Origin: the human T2T-CHM13v2.0 reference genome, Homo sapiens
Strand: one strand, 5' to 3'
Assembly (NCBI RefSeq): GCF_009914755.1
Contig: NC_060947.1
Length of the DNA: 64,000 nt
The position numbers and the translations under genes are program-made. Of this stretch, positions 25,383 to 38,103 are shown piece after piece. The notes beneath the pieces are model-generated. The model searched no databases. It saw only the letters and a program-made list of their open reading frames with translations, and was not told the DNA's origin. Numbering within the stretch: position 1 is the first letter of the stretch; each line of letters opens with the position of its first letter.

Positions 25383-28300
25383 TGCAACCATTACAAGTGG
25401 AAGCTGTGTTCTCACTGCTTTTGGCTGGACATGGTCTTTGATCACCTGGTTTCTTGACTTCTGACCCGTCTCTGTGTTACCCGAGGCCACAGCAGATGAA
25501 CTTTACCTACTGCCCTCCGAGAAGGTGTTTACTAACGTTGTAGAGTCTGGGGATGTTGGAGACACGAGGGGCCCTGCTTAGAGAAGCTGGAAGGGCAGCT
25601 GAGTGGAACATGGAGAGGCCCTGCAACCCTAAATTTCTAGGGGGAGGGGACTTTCAGGAGCCCACTTAGAGGTCTTGATTTGTCTCCCTTGAAGTTTGGG
25701 GGAGAGCATGGGTAGAAATTGAAATCAAATAAATTTAAAATGAGAGTGGCTTGCAGAGTGGGGAGGGAATTCTCGCAAGAGATATACTTCTTAAATTGAG
25801 AAAAAAAGAAAGGCAGCTAAAGAGGTAACCAGAAATGCCCAGGAAATAACGAATGGTCTTTCAAGTGTTGGTGCAAAATAACTTTGAGCCTACAATTCTA
25901 CTTCTAGCCAGACATTCAAGTTCGAGGATAAATTAGCATACAAGGTGTTCAAGTGTGGGTTCCCTGGAAATAGACCCTGAGGCACACTTGTGAGTGGAAA
26001 ACACTTACTTGGGAGGGAGTCCCAGATAGCACAGGTAAGGGTGTGGGGAGGTGAGACATACAAGGAATGCAGCCAATTTAAGTGGGAGGAATAAGCTAGC
26101 AGGTTTCCACTGTGGGCGACTGGAGCTAATTCCCAGGGGAACCCTATGGGAGACTTTGTAGAACACTCACCTCACATTCATCCCAAGTGCAGAATGAGAT
26201 GGCTTGGGGGTATTTAGACACCAAATACCCAACCATTCTTGATAAAGTACTTCCCCCATGGGAGATATAAATCCCTGTCACCTTCAGTTGGCCTTGGGTC
26301 ATATCCAGCATGCTCTAAGGGTGAGACAAAAAGCCCCCAAAGCAGAGCGTCACGGCGATTGCCATAAGCAGCCCTATAGATGGAAAGGTGAGACCTAGCT
26401 CTGCAGGGCCAGTGTCTAAATACATAAGTCAGTGTCAGAATCTTTTTGGCACCGTCTGTTCCTTAAATAGTTCAATACTCGCCGTTTGTGAAAATTTTCA
26501 ATGAACTGGAGCTACATTTCCTGTCTATAGATAGCATGTTTTAAGTGTTTTGCCGATTATCAGTTTTAATTGGAAACTGATTGCAGGACCTCTGTCCCAG
26601 AGAATTGTGAGATACGTGTTTAGCCATGGAAGGAGCATTGCAGACATCAAAATCTTCCCCTTGGGGAAAAGAAAGCAGGATTTTTGTAGTGTGTCCTGCC
26701 TGCAGATGTGCCATGCTGGGTGTTAGGCACAGGTCTGTCCCTGGGATTTCATGGAGATCTTGGGCTGCATTTGTCAGAAACTCTATTCTTGCCATTCAGC
26801 CTAGTGGAATCCAAGCTGCAGCGTCTCACCTCTTACTGAGGGGTTCCTCAGCACGTGGAATTTCAAGAACCTCCTCCTCTCCAGGTCTCCCATAGCAGCT
26901 GGAACTTTATTCATGTCCCTATCATTACTTTCTCTATGGAACGGGATGAGTAGCTGGTTAGGTTGCTCCCACCCACCTATGCCCATCCAGGCCCACGCTC
27001 AGCACACTGTCCCCATAGTGGGTGCCCCTGTCCCCAGGGATTCTTGGAAATGCTGTTCTGGGGTGGTGACTCCATTTCAGCACTGACATAGCCACTGGCA
27101 GCAACAGATGGCCTTCTCAAGCTTGTGTTGGGAGTCTAGTAATGAATCCTTTTTGTCGCAGTTCAGATGGGACTCGCAATGCCCAGCTCCACTGCTGTTG
27201 CTTTTCACCTTTCTTCTGTCTCCAGTCTTACAAGTCATTGATTATTGAAGAAATGCCAAGAAGCTGCAACAACTCCCAGCTGCTCTCTCTGAACACAATG
27301 TTAGGTGACTGGGGTCTCCTGTTCAGTTGAAGGGCTCCAGTTGAATGTCTTCTGGATTAGCTTTAAAAGAGTTGAATTAGACCAGGCATAGTCCCCATTA
27401 ACAGCAATGCAGGCTATGGCAGCTTGGAAAGAGGCTATACTTAAGTGGGGTCCTATTCTTAGAGAGAAAACCAAGAGGGAGATTCAGAGCACGACCAGCG
27501 CAGCGTCAGTCAAAGCAAATTTGAGAAGGGAAAGGATCTTTGGAGTCTCACTGCCCATCCTTTATGTCAAATACCCCTTTTCACCACATTACATTATTCA
27601 ATTATATTTCTGAAACTGTTTCATGGAATACTAGATCTATGAGATGTTGCTAACTGTCCTGTAAACAATGTACTCTCTTGGCCAGTATGTTTGGGCAACT
27701 ATTCTGTGCTATATCCCCCAGTGGGTGCTATACGAAGTCCATCAGTGTTGAAGACTCCAAGAAGCCCTCGTGCACTCCTTTACCACTCCTCCTACTCTTC
27801 CCCTTACTCTGTCTATTCATCTTCCTCTCCTCCTTCCCCAGCCTCTCTTCCTCTCCCTCCTCTTTTTTCTCTTCTTCTTCCTCAGGAGGCTATCTGGATA
27901 CAGAGAGAACTTAAATAAGATGACTGCACAAGAAGGATGGACCTGCCTCTTGGCTGTCTCATCTCCCTTGACCTTTGGATGTTGGCCATTGTCTGCCCTA
28001 CACCTATGGTGGATATAATTGATTCTGCCTGGCCCTAGGCATACACCGGCGTCTGAGGCTGGTGTCTGCCGCTGCTGTTGTGGCTTGCAATTAGGAGAGT
28101 TACACGCTTTGGGTCTTCCTCTTTTCTGTCCCTGGCCTCATCTTGTTGAGCTGTTCTCTCAACTCTTCTGTGGAGTCTCTTTCTGGACCTGCAGCTATAA
28201 CTCGTCTGTGCTACAAACGACTCATGGGGGACCCCAGGGCACCATGTCAGAACCTTGCTTTCCTAAGTGCCAGGATGTCATTTCTGAGCTCCTGTTGCCT

Positions 28301-28491
28301 CCTCCTGTTGGAGTGGAGCACTGAGAGCAGGTCTCCTTCCCAGGATGTGGGGCCAGGTGCTTTTCTGCTCTGGGTTTCCCCTGTCTTGAATCTCAATTCA
28401 TGTTTCCTGTTCCAATACGCTTCCCTTCCTTTGCAAGCCTCTCAATACTTCACCATTTCCTTCCAGTGTCACTGTGTGCAGTTATGCATAC

Positions 28492-28493
<2 letters not shown>

Positions 28494-28533
<40 letters not shown>
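28494..28533. repeat. (TG)n microsatellite
   Basis: Read directly from the sequence. Confidence 0.95.
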
Positions 28534-28534
<1 letters not shown>

Positions 28535-28899
28535 TGGGTAGAAGCTTCTGGAAGAGCCCAGTGGTTGAGTTGGGACGGTTATGGGAGCTACAGACACCAG
28601 GTGCTCTGGGGCTGGCCAGGGGCTTTGGTGGGGAAGTGCAGTGATGGGAGTGGGGCTGGGGTCAAGCAGGTGTAAAACCCTGCAAAGCAGCTCTTGGTGA
28701 GTCTGTCAGGGGAAGGGGACAGGCATCCAGTGGGAAGGAGTGGGACGGGAGTAAGGGCAGCATCTATAGTGCTGAGCTTTCCAGGAAGAAAGAAGCAAAT
28801 TCTCTATGCATGCAAAATATTTCAAAATTTAAAAGTTGAAGGGTAAGTTAAAAATAAAAATAAAGGTCAGGGATTAGGCCAACGTCAAAACATTGTGCT

Positions 28900-31320
28900 G
28901 AGGTTTATAAGTTCTCCTGGGGGTGTATAGATGAACATTTCTAAGATTGCTTGAATGGGTACTGGGTTAGACAAATAAGTTAATGGATGTGTGATGGTAG
29001 AAGCCAGATTTCTCACTCTTGGTGAGGAAAGTTAGTGAAGTAAATGGGACAGCTACGATGACTCATGTGATAAGGGATTAGAGTTGGAGAGATTGGTATG
29101 AACTCATGCTTATGTTAATAAAGATGAAGAAGGGTATATGTAGAAACATTTATAGGTATGTGTGTACACAAGATGTATTAGTGTCCTATTGCTGCTGTAA
29201 CAAATTTCCACAAGTGTAGTGGCTTTAAACAAACAAAAATTTCTCTTAGAGTCTGGAGTTCAGAGGTCTAACATCAGGTTGCTGGTTAGGGCTATGTTCC
29301 TTTTGGAGACTTTAGGGCAGAGTTCAATTCCTTGCTTTTTTCAGCTTCTAGGACCGGCCTGGCTTCCTTGTTTCATTATTCCTTGCTGGCATCACTCCAA
29401 CTTCTTTCCATAGTAATATCTCCTGTGATGCACTCTGATCCCTCTGCCTCCCTCTTAAAAGTCTCTGTGGTTCATGTATTTGGGGATTAAAGAAGGAAGA
29501 GAAGGGACTGTGAAAGCCAGTCGCACAGAAGCTATACTGGGACCATGCTTGGACAGGGTTGTATGAGAGGCAAAGTCTCTGCAAGACACCTTCCAGAGAC
29601 AGCAGCGTGGAGCCACCACCCAGAAGGGGATGAGGGCAAGGGGATTTCTGAGAAAGAGGAGGAAACCAGAGAGGGGGCTTACATGAGTGGGTGATGTCAT
29701 CAGCAGCAAGGTGGGGAGTTCTCTGGGTCACAGAGCTTTGAAGGGCAGCAGTGGTTTGGGGGTCTTTTATAGCTATTGAGTTTGTCTTTTCTATGGTTAG
29801 CGGATATTGGGAGCAGTTTTGTGAGAGATGGAAAATAGGTACATTCTAAAGGACTTAAAAATACATTTTCAGATTATATTTAAAGAGACTGAATATATGA
29901 GAATGTGAGCGGCACCAGTGGGCTTTGAGGCAATAGTCCTAGCCTGCTGTGAAGAAGTAAACTACATGGGGATCATTTTAGGCCGATAGACAGGGTGCAT
30001 TTCTGGCTCATTTATAGAACATGACGCTTGTGATTATATGTGGCCCACTCCCATAATGTGGGATAATCTCCTCATGTCACGATCTTTAACTTAATCATAT
30101 TTGAAACTTTCTTTTTTCGTGTAAGGTAACATATTCACAGGTTATGGGGATTGTGAAGTAGACATCACTGGGGGATCACTGCTTACCTACCACACGCGAG
30201 TCAGCTTGCACACACATGATTTCTTGCTCTGTCAGCTGAGAGAGCCAAGAAGCAATGACACCCAAGTAGTAAAGAGCACACCTAGAGCCCAAACCTTGGT
30301 TTCTAATGTCATCCAACAATAAAAGGAGCCAGGGCTCTTTGGCTAAACGACTGATTCCAAGGCTGAGCCTGGGATTGTGCAATATGAGCCTGGAGAATCT
30401 TGTAATACCAGTAAGCACACACACAAACACACACACAATGATGGGAGTATGGCAAAGAGACACAGGAGCCTGCTAAAAGTGCTCCCAATGGCTAAAGCTG
30501 GAGCAAGCTGGGCAACAGAACAGATACAGTGCTTTTGGATTATAACTTAAAATACAAAATAAATATCCATGAGTCCATACTGATATAAATAAATAGGGCG
30601 AAGAGACAAATCTCCTTTGCAGAATAATTCCAATTTTTCACAGATATTTTACCCAAGATAAGGTAGAAAAGAACTCTCCCCTCCTTCAGCATATGCTGTG
30701 CGCAGTAACCTCCTTCCAAAGAGTAGAATGTGGAAAGGCAGAAAAACATACCTTTACTGCTGAGAAACCTGATCCATACGACCTCAGCCAGGTGACCAAG
30801 GTTGAACTTAACTGTCATGTCATGTGGATTGTATGCTCTCTTGATAGGGGGTGATGAGAATGGCACTTAACTTTCTTGGTCTTCCTCTCGAAAACCCGTA
30901 ACCCCAGTGTCATCATGAGAAAATCACCTGGCAAATCCCGGTCGAAAGACATTCTGCAAAATACCTGGCCAGTAGTCATCAAAGCTGTCAAGAGTCATCA
31001 GAAACAAGGGAAGTCTGAGAAACTATCACAACCAAGAGCACCCTAAGACGGCATGATTATTTTAAATATAATGTAGCATCCTGTATGTGAGGCTGAAACA
31101 GAAAAAGGACATTTGATTAAAATGGAGGAAGTCTGAATAAAGTGAGGACTTTGGGTCATAATAATGTATTAGGATCGGTTCACTAACCGTATCAAATGCT
31201 AATGACACTTTAGTGCAAGATGCATAGGGGAAACTGGGTGAGGGATATGAGGGACCTCGCTGTACTATCTTCACAACTTTTGTATAAATATAAATCTCTT
31301 TTAAGGTAAAATGTCTAGAT
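28900..31320 (+). mobile_element. L1MC 3' region containing an MLT1 LTR (29175-30195, minus) that itself contains another LTR-like insert (~29465-30022)
   Basis: L1MC motifs (aagccagatttctcact, agagccaagaagcaatgacaccc, ctgtactatcttcacaactttt); MLT1 breaks off at cctctgcctccctcttaaaa and resumes at cttgtgattatatgtggcccac. Confidence 0.7.
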
Positions 31321-31344
31321 AAAACAAACAACAACAACAAGGCC

Positions 31345-31790
31345 ACTGCCAAATCTAGTCTGAAGACAACAAAACAGGAACATTGCCCAAGTCACAAAAG
31401 GCACCAAACACCTGCCATCCTGGCTGATGTGAGTGACTACTCCTTCTGTGCCAACAATAGCTTTTTTCAAATCTTCGTTCCTCTAGGATAAGGTTTACAA
31501 ATATACCCAGTCACAAAATTACCCCCCACTTCCTGGCAGCATCCAATCCAGAGCCAAACCCTGCTTCAGGAAACCCTCCTCTAAATCACCTAGCTGAAGC
31601 CCAGATCTTATTTCTTTCTAACACTCTCTTCCTGAGAGTCTCCATGGTTCCCTCATGCCTTGCAGTCTCCTTTTGTTCTTTGAGTAATGAACTCAACTTG
31701 TTCATCAAGCAATAAACTGTACTCAGAAAGTTGAGCTTGTTTAACTACGGGTGTGTTCCTGGTGGTCTTTGACTGCAGAGTGGTGACAAG
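31345..31790 (+). mobile_element. MER34/MER39-like ERV1 LTR
   Basis: cttcctggcagcatccaatccagagccaaaccctgcttc...gtgtgttcctggtggtctttg. Confidence 0.6.
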
Positions 31791-33894
31791 ATAAAGAAAA
31801 TGCCTCTAGCTTCTTGAAAATCCATTTTACCTCCCTGGAGACATCTTTACCTTTCAAAATTTCCCCATCCTCATGCGGCCTGTTCAACCCTAGTTTTGGA
31901 CCTTTCCCCTGGCTGCCTTTATTCCTTTGGCATCAACCTTGCTCTCATCTTTAACTTTGCATTTTTGCAAACCTCTCTTCAAAAATTGTCCAGCATTTGA
32001 TCCAACCACACGTGTTCTGCTCCAGTAAGTGGCTCTCTGCTGTCCTTGGCTGTACATGCTCACAGGAACCTAGGAGGATTTCCTATGCATGGGCAGTCTC
32101 CACTGGGAAAACAGTTGACCAAGCCAGTGGTTGGAGAAGGCACAGCGGTGTTGACTCACCACTGTGGGCATGTAATTACATGGCTGTATTTCCACCTCCC
32201 TGCCATCTTCCTAGATCACTTACCTTCAGGCCACACTGGGCAATTACTTATAAAATATGAACACCTTAAATGTCTATCAGGAGGTGCCTGTCTGAATAGA
32301 TTTTGGTGAATCCATTCAGTGGATTACCTTGTAGCCATTAAAAAACATGTGGTGGATTTCTGTATAGTAATGTGTAAAGATGGCCACATACATCATTACA
32401 AGAAGCAAGCAAGCAAGTTGGAAGTGCGTACACTGCACACCCTGTGACGCCAGTTCTACAAACAATGGTAAGCTTTTTTAGTGTTTAAATATTTGGATGG
32501 ATACATAATAAATAACATGCGGCCACAATGGAGTGTAACTGGAGAGAGAGACAATGTGATTTTTCCTCTGGGGGCTGTATATTTGATTGGTTTTCTGTGA
32601 GCACTGAAATGCTTCCTGTCACATTACATATAATCGATGCATAGAGTCCAGGGTAAAATTATATAGAACAACAGAAAATATGACCAGCTAAGTGTTAGAG
32701 GGGGCCTTTGATCTTTTTCCTCATAACTGGTATAAACAAAACTTGTTAAAATCCCACCAACCAAGTGAGATATCTATCTATACTTCCACTTTGAACTTTC
32801 CATTTGTAAGGGGGTTATCCATCAAGACGCTTGCCCTGTTTGCTTTCCCCAGGTAAACATATATCCAGACTGTGTTCGACAATGGATCCATGGCCGTGTG
32901 AGGTAGCAATTTTGTACTCGGATCCTTGTCATCGCCTTGCCACATTCACCTGCCTGTCCCCCTTGCCAGGGGGTTATCAGTTGGAATCAACTCACATGTC
33001 TATCAACAGGGGCCTGTCTGAATGCACTCTGGTGAGTCCGTTCTGTGGATGACACAACATTCATTGAAAGCAATGTGATGGATTTTTGTGTGCCAATGTG
33101 CAATGAAGCCCGTGTACATTCTAAAACGAAAAAAGCAAGTTTACAGGACAATGTATGTAATATGAAATTATTTTCGAAATGCCAGAGAAGACTTCTATAG
33201 CAAAATATCTGAAAGGAATCACGGAAATATCATGATTGCCTCTAGACTTTAGAACTGGACAAGAGAGAAGTTGTGCTTTTCACTCGGTGTCCTGTATTTT
33301 GATATTTTTCAATGAGCATTTAAACATGTTTTGCCCCCACAAATATATTCTGTAAATGTATATTTTCAGCGTGAAGCAATATGGGAAAACAGAAAATGTA
33401 GCAAATTTAATGTGAAAGGGGGCCTTTTATGTGTCTGCATAACACATCCAGCTAGAAAGTGTTAAAATCTCACGCTGTGAGGTGTTTGTTTCATGCAAGT
33501 ACAGAGGATTCAGAAAGTGATTTTTAAAAGCAGATTGTGCTCATAGAGAAACAAATCTGTGAGGTTTTCCAACTGGGACGTGTTAATGACACAAGGCAAA
33601 TGAGGAACCTTTAGCCAATATGGAAGTAAACACAGCACAGAACTCTCTTCAAAGGAAGCATAAACACACACATGCATACACAGGGCAAGCATCAAACTAA
33701 CACAGACACAGACCTTTAACTGGTGCTCAACGTCTGTCCCCTGTACCCCTAGAGAACAAAATGGAAGCAGTGCTGTCTTCTAGGACCTCGCCTCAGAATC
33801 CACACAGCTTCACTTGTGCTGTACTCTGTTAAAGCTGGCTCAACCTGTCAAGATTCAAGGGCAGGGGGCATAGACCCCCCCTCTTGATGATAGG

Positions 33895-34345
33895 TGTAGG
33901 AGCTTCCTACTGCTGTATAACAAATGACCACAAATTTAGTGGCTTAAAACAGCACAAGTTTATTTTAGTACAGTTCTGGAAGACAGAAGTCTAAAATCAA
34001 GGTGCCAGCTGGGCCGAGTTCCTTCTGGAGGCTTTTCTGGACAAACTATTTCCTCACCTTTTTCAGCTTCCAGAGGACACCTGCGTTGCTTGGCTCAGGG
34101 TCCCTTCCTGGCATCACTCCAAACTTTAGCTCCTGTCCTCATATGTCCTAGTACTCACTCTGACCCTCCTGCCTCCCTCTTGCAAGGTCTCTTGTAATTA
34201 CTTTGGATTGACCTGGATAATACTGCATAATGTCCCTAACTGAAGACCCTTGACATGATCACATATGCACACTTCCTTTTGTGTTGGAAGGTACCATATT
34301 AATCTGTTCTGGGGAATAGGTCTTGGACATCTTGAAGGGCATTTT
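33895..34345 (-). mobile_element. MLT1 (B/C-like) LTR
   Basis: ccacaaatttagtggcttaaaacagcacaagttt...acagttctggaagacagaagtctaaaatcaaggtg. Confidence 0.8.
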
Positions 34346-36970
34346 TTCTGCCTGCCATAGATTGTTAGGACATCATTTACAGCCATCTTTAGCACAACCA
34401 CAACAAAGAAAGTAACAAAGACCTGGAGACTTGTCGAGGCGCTTCAGTTGGTAAACATTTGGGAGATTTCTCAATGCTAATTATGTCATCTCTCATAATG
34501 AAGGGGAAGAATTGTAGCAAGAACCACAGATGTCCTTCACCCTTCTTTCCTGCCTTGGCGCATTGGAGGGCTCTTTCGCATGGGGGAAATTGCCCTGAGA
34601 GTAACATCTTGGGAGGAGGAACTTCACCCTGCCCAGGATAGACCGAAGAGGGTCAGCAGGTAGAGCAGTGGAGGTCTCGCCTCTCATACTGAAGACTAGG
34701 ATGAGAGGCCTCCTGTCTTTCACTGCCTGCCTTTCATACTCTCTCCTTCTTAGTGAGGGAACCTAGTTGGGAAGAGATGTCCGAAGAAGAATTTTTGTAA
34801 AATGTAATGCTGATAAGACTCAAGAGACCACTCTCAGACCTGGTGATACCATCTGACTCTTTTTAAAAGGCCTCACATTTTAGTTCTTGAAGTCGTCTTC
34901 AATAATTTATACGTTCCTATTCTTGTGTTCAGTATTAGAGATGCCAATTGAAAGTAATTATCTAAAATATATCAATATGTTTGTAACATTTTAATACTCA
35001 AGATCCTTAACAATGTGAAACCAACGCTTGCTAGACCTCCGAGAAGTCCTGTCTGAACATGCAAACTAAACAACTGGATGGGAGAAAGGAATCCAGCAAC
35101 ATCCGCAAACCCAACTGTTAACAACCAAGAAGTGGGGGCTGAGTGAGCTTAGTGTAAATGCAAAAGAGAGCCAGAGGGATGAGCTCTGGATGCATTCTAC
35201 TTCACATCTGTTACAGAGGACTGGAGGACAAGAAGTAGAGGGCTGGCCCGGGTTTAAGGGTGAGCTTTGTTTATATATGGCAGTATTCAGCCCATATGAC
35301 CGGGCTAGAAATGAGAAAGTGTTGCAAGAAGAAAGCCCGTGCAGTTTCCTGGAGGTGCCCATGACTGTTTCTGCTCGGGATGGCCTGTGTGCTGCAGGGG
35401 CAAGCGGACAAAGTGTAATGTCTCTCCTCCCTTACCTGATGCTGAGCCGCCTGGGGGCTGATTCCCCTGTGTATTCCTTACTTTCCTGGATTTTAGCCTG
35501 GACAACATACCTGGCACACTATGGAACCATCCCTGCAGACTCCGGGGTGGGGGGTGGGGGTAAGGGGGGTGGTCAAGGTTGCAAAAACCTTAGAGGGACC
35601 CCTACAGGTCCTCTCTATGTTCAGGAGGGAAGACAAGTAAGGGATTCTGGAGGAGACTGTTGTCAGCCTGATTTAGAGAGGCTTGGTCTTTCCTAGGTTT
35701 TCAATTTAACCTCCCTTTTCTATTGCTACCTTCATACCTAGGCAACTGTTAAGCATTACTCCGTAACAGAGAACATCTCTATAGCAAAATCACTCTATGA
35801 CAAAAGATTACAAATTGCTCTATGACAGCAAATTCTTAAGAAGGAATGGAGAGTACAAAAATGCAGGCATTCAGAATGGGGAGCAAGGCCATCTACTCTG
35901 TGTCCTGATGAAACAAAAGCAATTGTGAGTCCCCAGACTGCATGCTACAAGTGCGCTCTACAAATCAAATCCTGATTTTCTTATGGTCTTTAGGATATAA
36001 TCCTTCAAGAACATCTAAGTAAACTTCAAAGGAGAAATGGAAAGAACCCCAACTATTAATCAAAGTGCAATATAACAAAAAATTGACCGGTACATGTCCA
36101 CATTGTCCAGTTCTTGAGGCAAGGAGGAAATGAAATCGAAACTGAAAAGAGAAACGTGCAAAATCAGAAGTAAGAACATTGTCTATAACTTATGGAATGT
36201 GACCAAAGCTAGACTTAAAGTACAAGTCATAGCCTTAAATGCACTTATCGTTTCAAACAACATAGAAGGAGAGTACAATAGGCTGATATTTTTGGAAAGC
36301 TCACTGTGAATAGCACCTGCACACCAATATTTCATCTTCCTGCTATGTATGTGTTGGCCAGTGTTTCCTGTCCCTCGTAGTGCTTATGAGTTGCCATTAT
36401 TTCTTCGAAATAGTCCATACTTCAAAGGTGGACTGTGTTGAAGGCTCAAAGCATGCACAAACAGAACACTGTGGTTGTATTGAAGAAAGGGATCCTGGCA
36501 CGTGCTGGGGGCAGGAGTCAAGAGAGATACTTTTCGCCACCGTTCAGGGAAGCATCTCCAACCTCAATTGCTCAGACAATGTGGTAATGAGACTGAAATA
36601 GGAAGAGCATATGCCTGTCCACTTGATTAAAATATTGCATAGATAAAGATCAGTCGGGCACCTCATGCTTCCTGCTGTATGGTCCTGAGTTCTGAAAGGA
36701 ATGCCACTGCTTACATACTCCTTACCCCTATGATGTGGTTGGCTTGGGACAAAGACATTTTTATCGAAATGATGAAGCAAGATCTGCCTAGGCAGAAAAA
36801 TATGCAATGTAGGGCAGTGGCAAGGGTAGGTGAACATTTAATAGCAAAATGCAAAGCTATTCTCTTAAATGAGGTAGACGAAAACTCTACTTCCAAGACA
36901 GCCTACCGCAAGCAAAGGCCTTTATGAGTAACTGTTCATTTCTGTAGGACCTGTTTCCCTCAAGATATGC

Positions 36971-37545
36971 TTAGAGAACTCTCTAAAGTGTGCAGCTTGG
37001 TGCATCATATGGTCTGCTCTCTTTATGAAGCTTTTAGAGCAGTGCCTACATTTGTATGGCTTCTCCCACGTATAGATTCTTAAGCGAATAACAAGACTTG
37101 ATCTCTGTCTGTAGCTTGTCCCGCAAGTATCACATATAAATGGTATCCCCTCAGCGTGTGTTCTCGGGTGCAAAAAAGAGCTGTCGACTGACTAAAGCTT
37201 TCCCCACAACTGTGACAACCTTGAGATTTTTCACCTGTGAAAGCATTCGGGTGTCCTGTCAGACTTGATCTAGGAGAAACACCTTTCCTGCACTCAAGGC
37301 ACTCATACATTTCCTTATCACAACGTCTTCACAGGTGCTGTGAGGTGCGACTTATTATTCGCTTGTTATGCACTGTGCATTCACAGGGGTCTCCCACACG
37401 TGAACTGGCTGGTGCCGATAACGGTTGGACCTATGAGGGAATCCTTTCCCGCATTCAGGGCACTTGTGAGGCAGCTCTCTTGAATGAATGTTGAAGTGCC
37501 TAGAAAGTAGCTTCTCTCAAGCAAAACATTGTCTGCACTGAGAAC
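36971..37545 (-). pseudogene. ZNF449-like pseudogene, C2H2 zinc-finger array (about 7 decayed fingers)
   Basis: Minus strand gives [33 protein letters not shown]...YECLECRK...[14 protein letters not shown]...[43 protein letters not shown], close to the ZNF449 C-terminus as I recall it ([43 protein letters not shown]); stops and frameshifts present. Confidence 0.8.
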
Positions 37546-38103
37546 TGCAGGATTCAAAGGGCGTGATTCAGTTACCTGACCCCAAGAGAGGTGGGCAAGT
37601 GTTCACTGAACGCCTGGGAAGAAAGAAAAGAAAAATGCAGCCTTAATCACGGTAAAGAGGTTTAGGATGTTGCTTGGGAGCTTCTACCTTTCCACTAGGC
37701 ATCGAAGATGGCTCTTCTTCTTCTCCATCTCTCTGTTCTCCTTGGAGCGGGGTGACATCTGCAATTCCTATCTCTTCTCTCGGGTTTGATATTGGCAAAG
37801 AAAATGAAGAAAAAATGTCAGAGCAGAAAAAAAAAAAAAAAAACTGGAGAGCGTGTATTCATTTTTTGTTTCTTTAGACAGGAATGCACTTCATGGTCGC
37901 AGTTTACAAAAAGACTGTGAATGGCCCGGGCATCACCCCGCGCTCCCCAAGCCCCGAAGAGCAGCTACTGGGTGACACGACGTCTGTGGACTGTCAGAGT
38001 CCCTGTGTAGCAGAGACAGCGGAGAGCTCAAACCCAGAGGTGCCTCTCAAGCCCAGAACCCACAAGCAAGAGTCCCGCAGAGAAACCTCCTCATTGTTCT
38101 CAG
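37538..38103 (+). pseudogene. Inverted upstream segment of the same ZNF449-like pseudogene (penultimate-exon end, intron, start of last exon)
   Basis: ELQDSKGVIQLPDPKR-G (37542-37590), GT donor at 37591, ~190-bp intron, then GFDIGKENEEKMSEQKK...AETAESSNPEVPLKPRTHKQES; compare recalled ZNF449 [33 protein letters not shown]...[22 protein letters not shown]. Confidence 0.75.

Noticed and set aside
35190-35696. 168-aa plus-strand ORF containing a G-rich tract
   Set aside because: No recognisable homology or gene signals; the G-run at ~35544-35572 is only a potential G4
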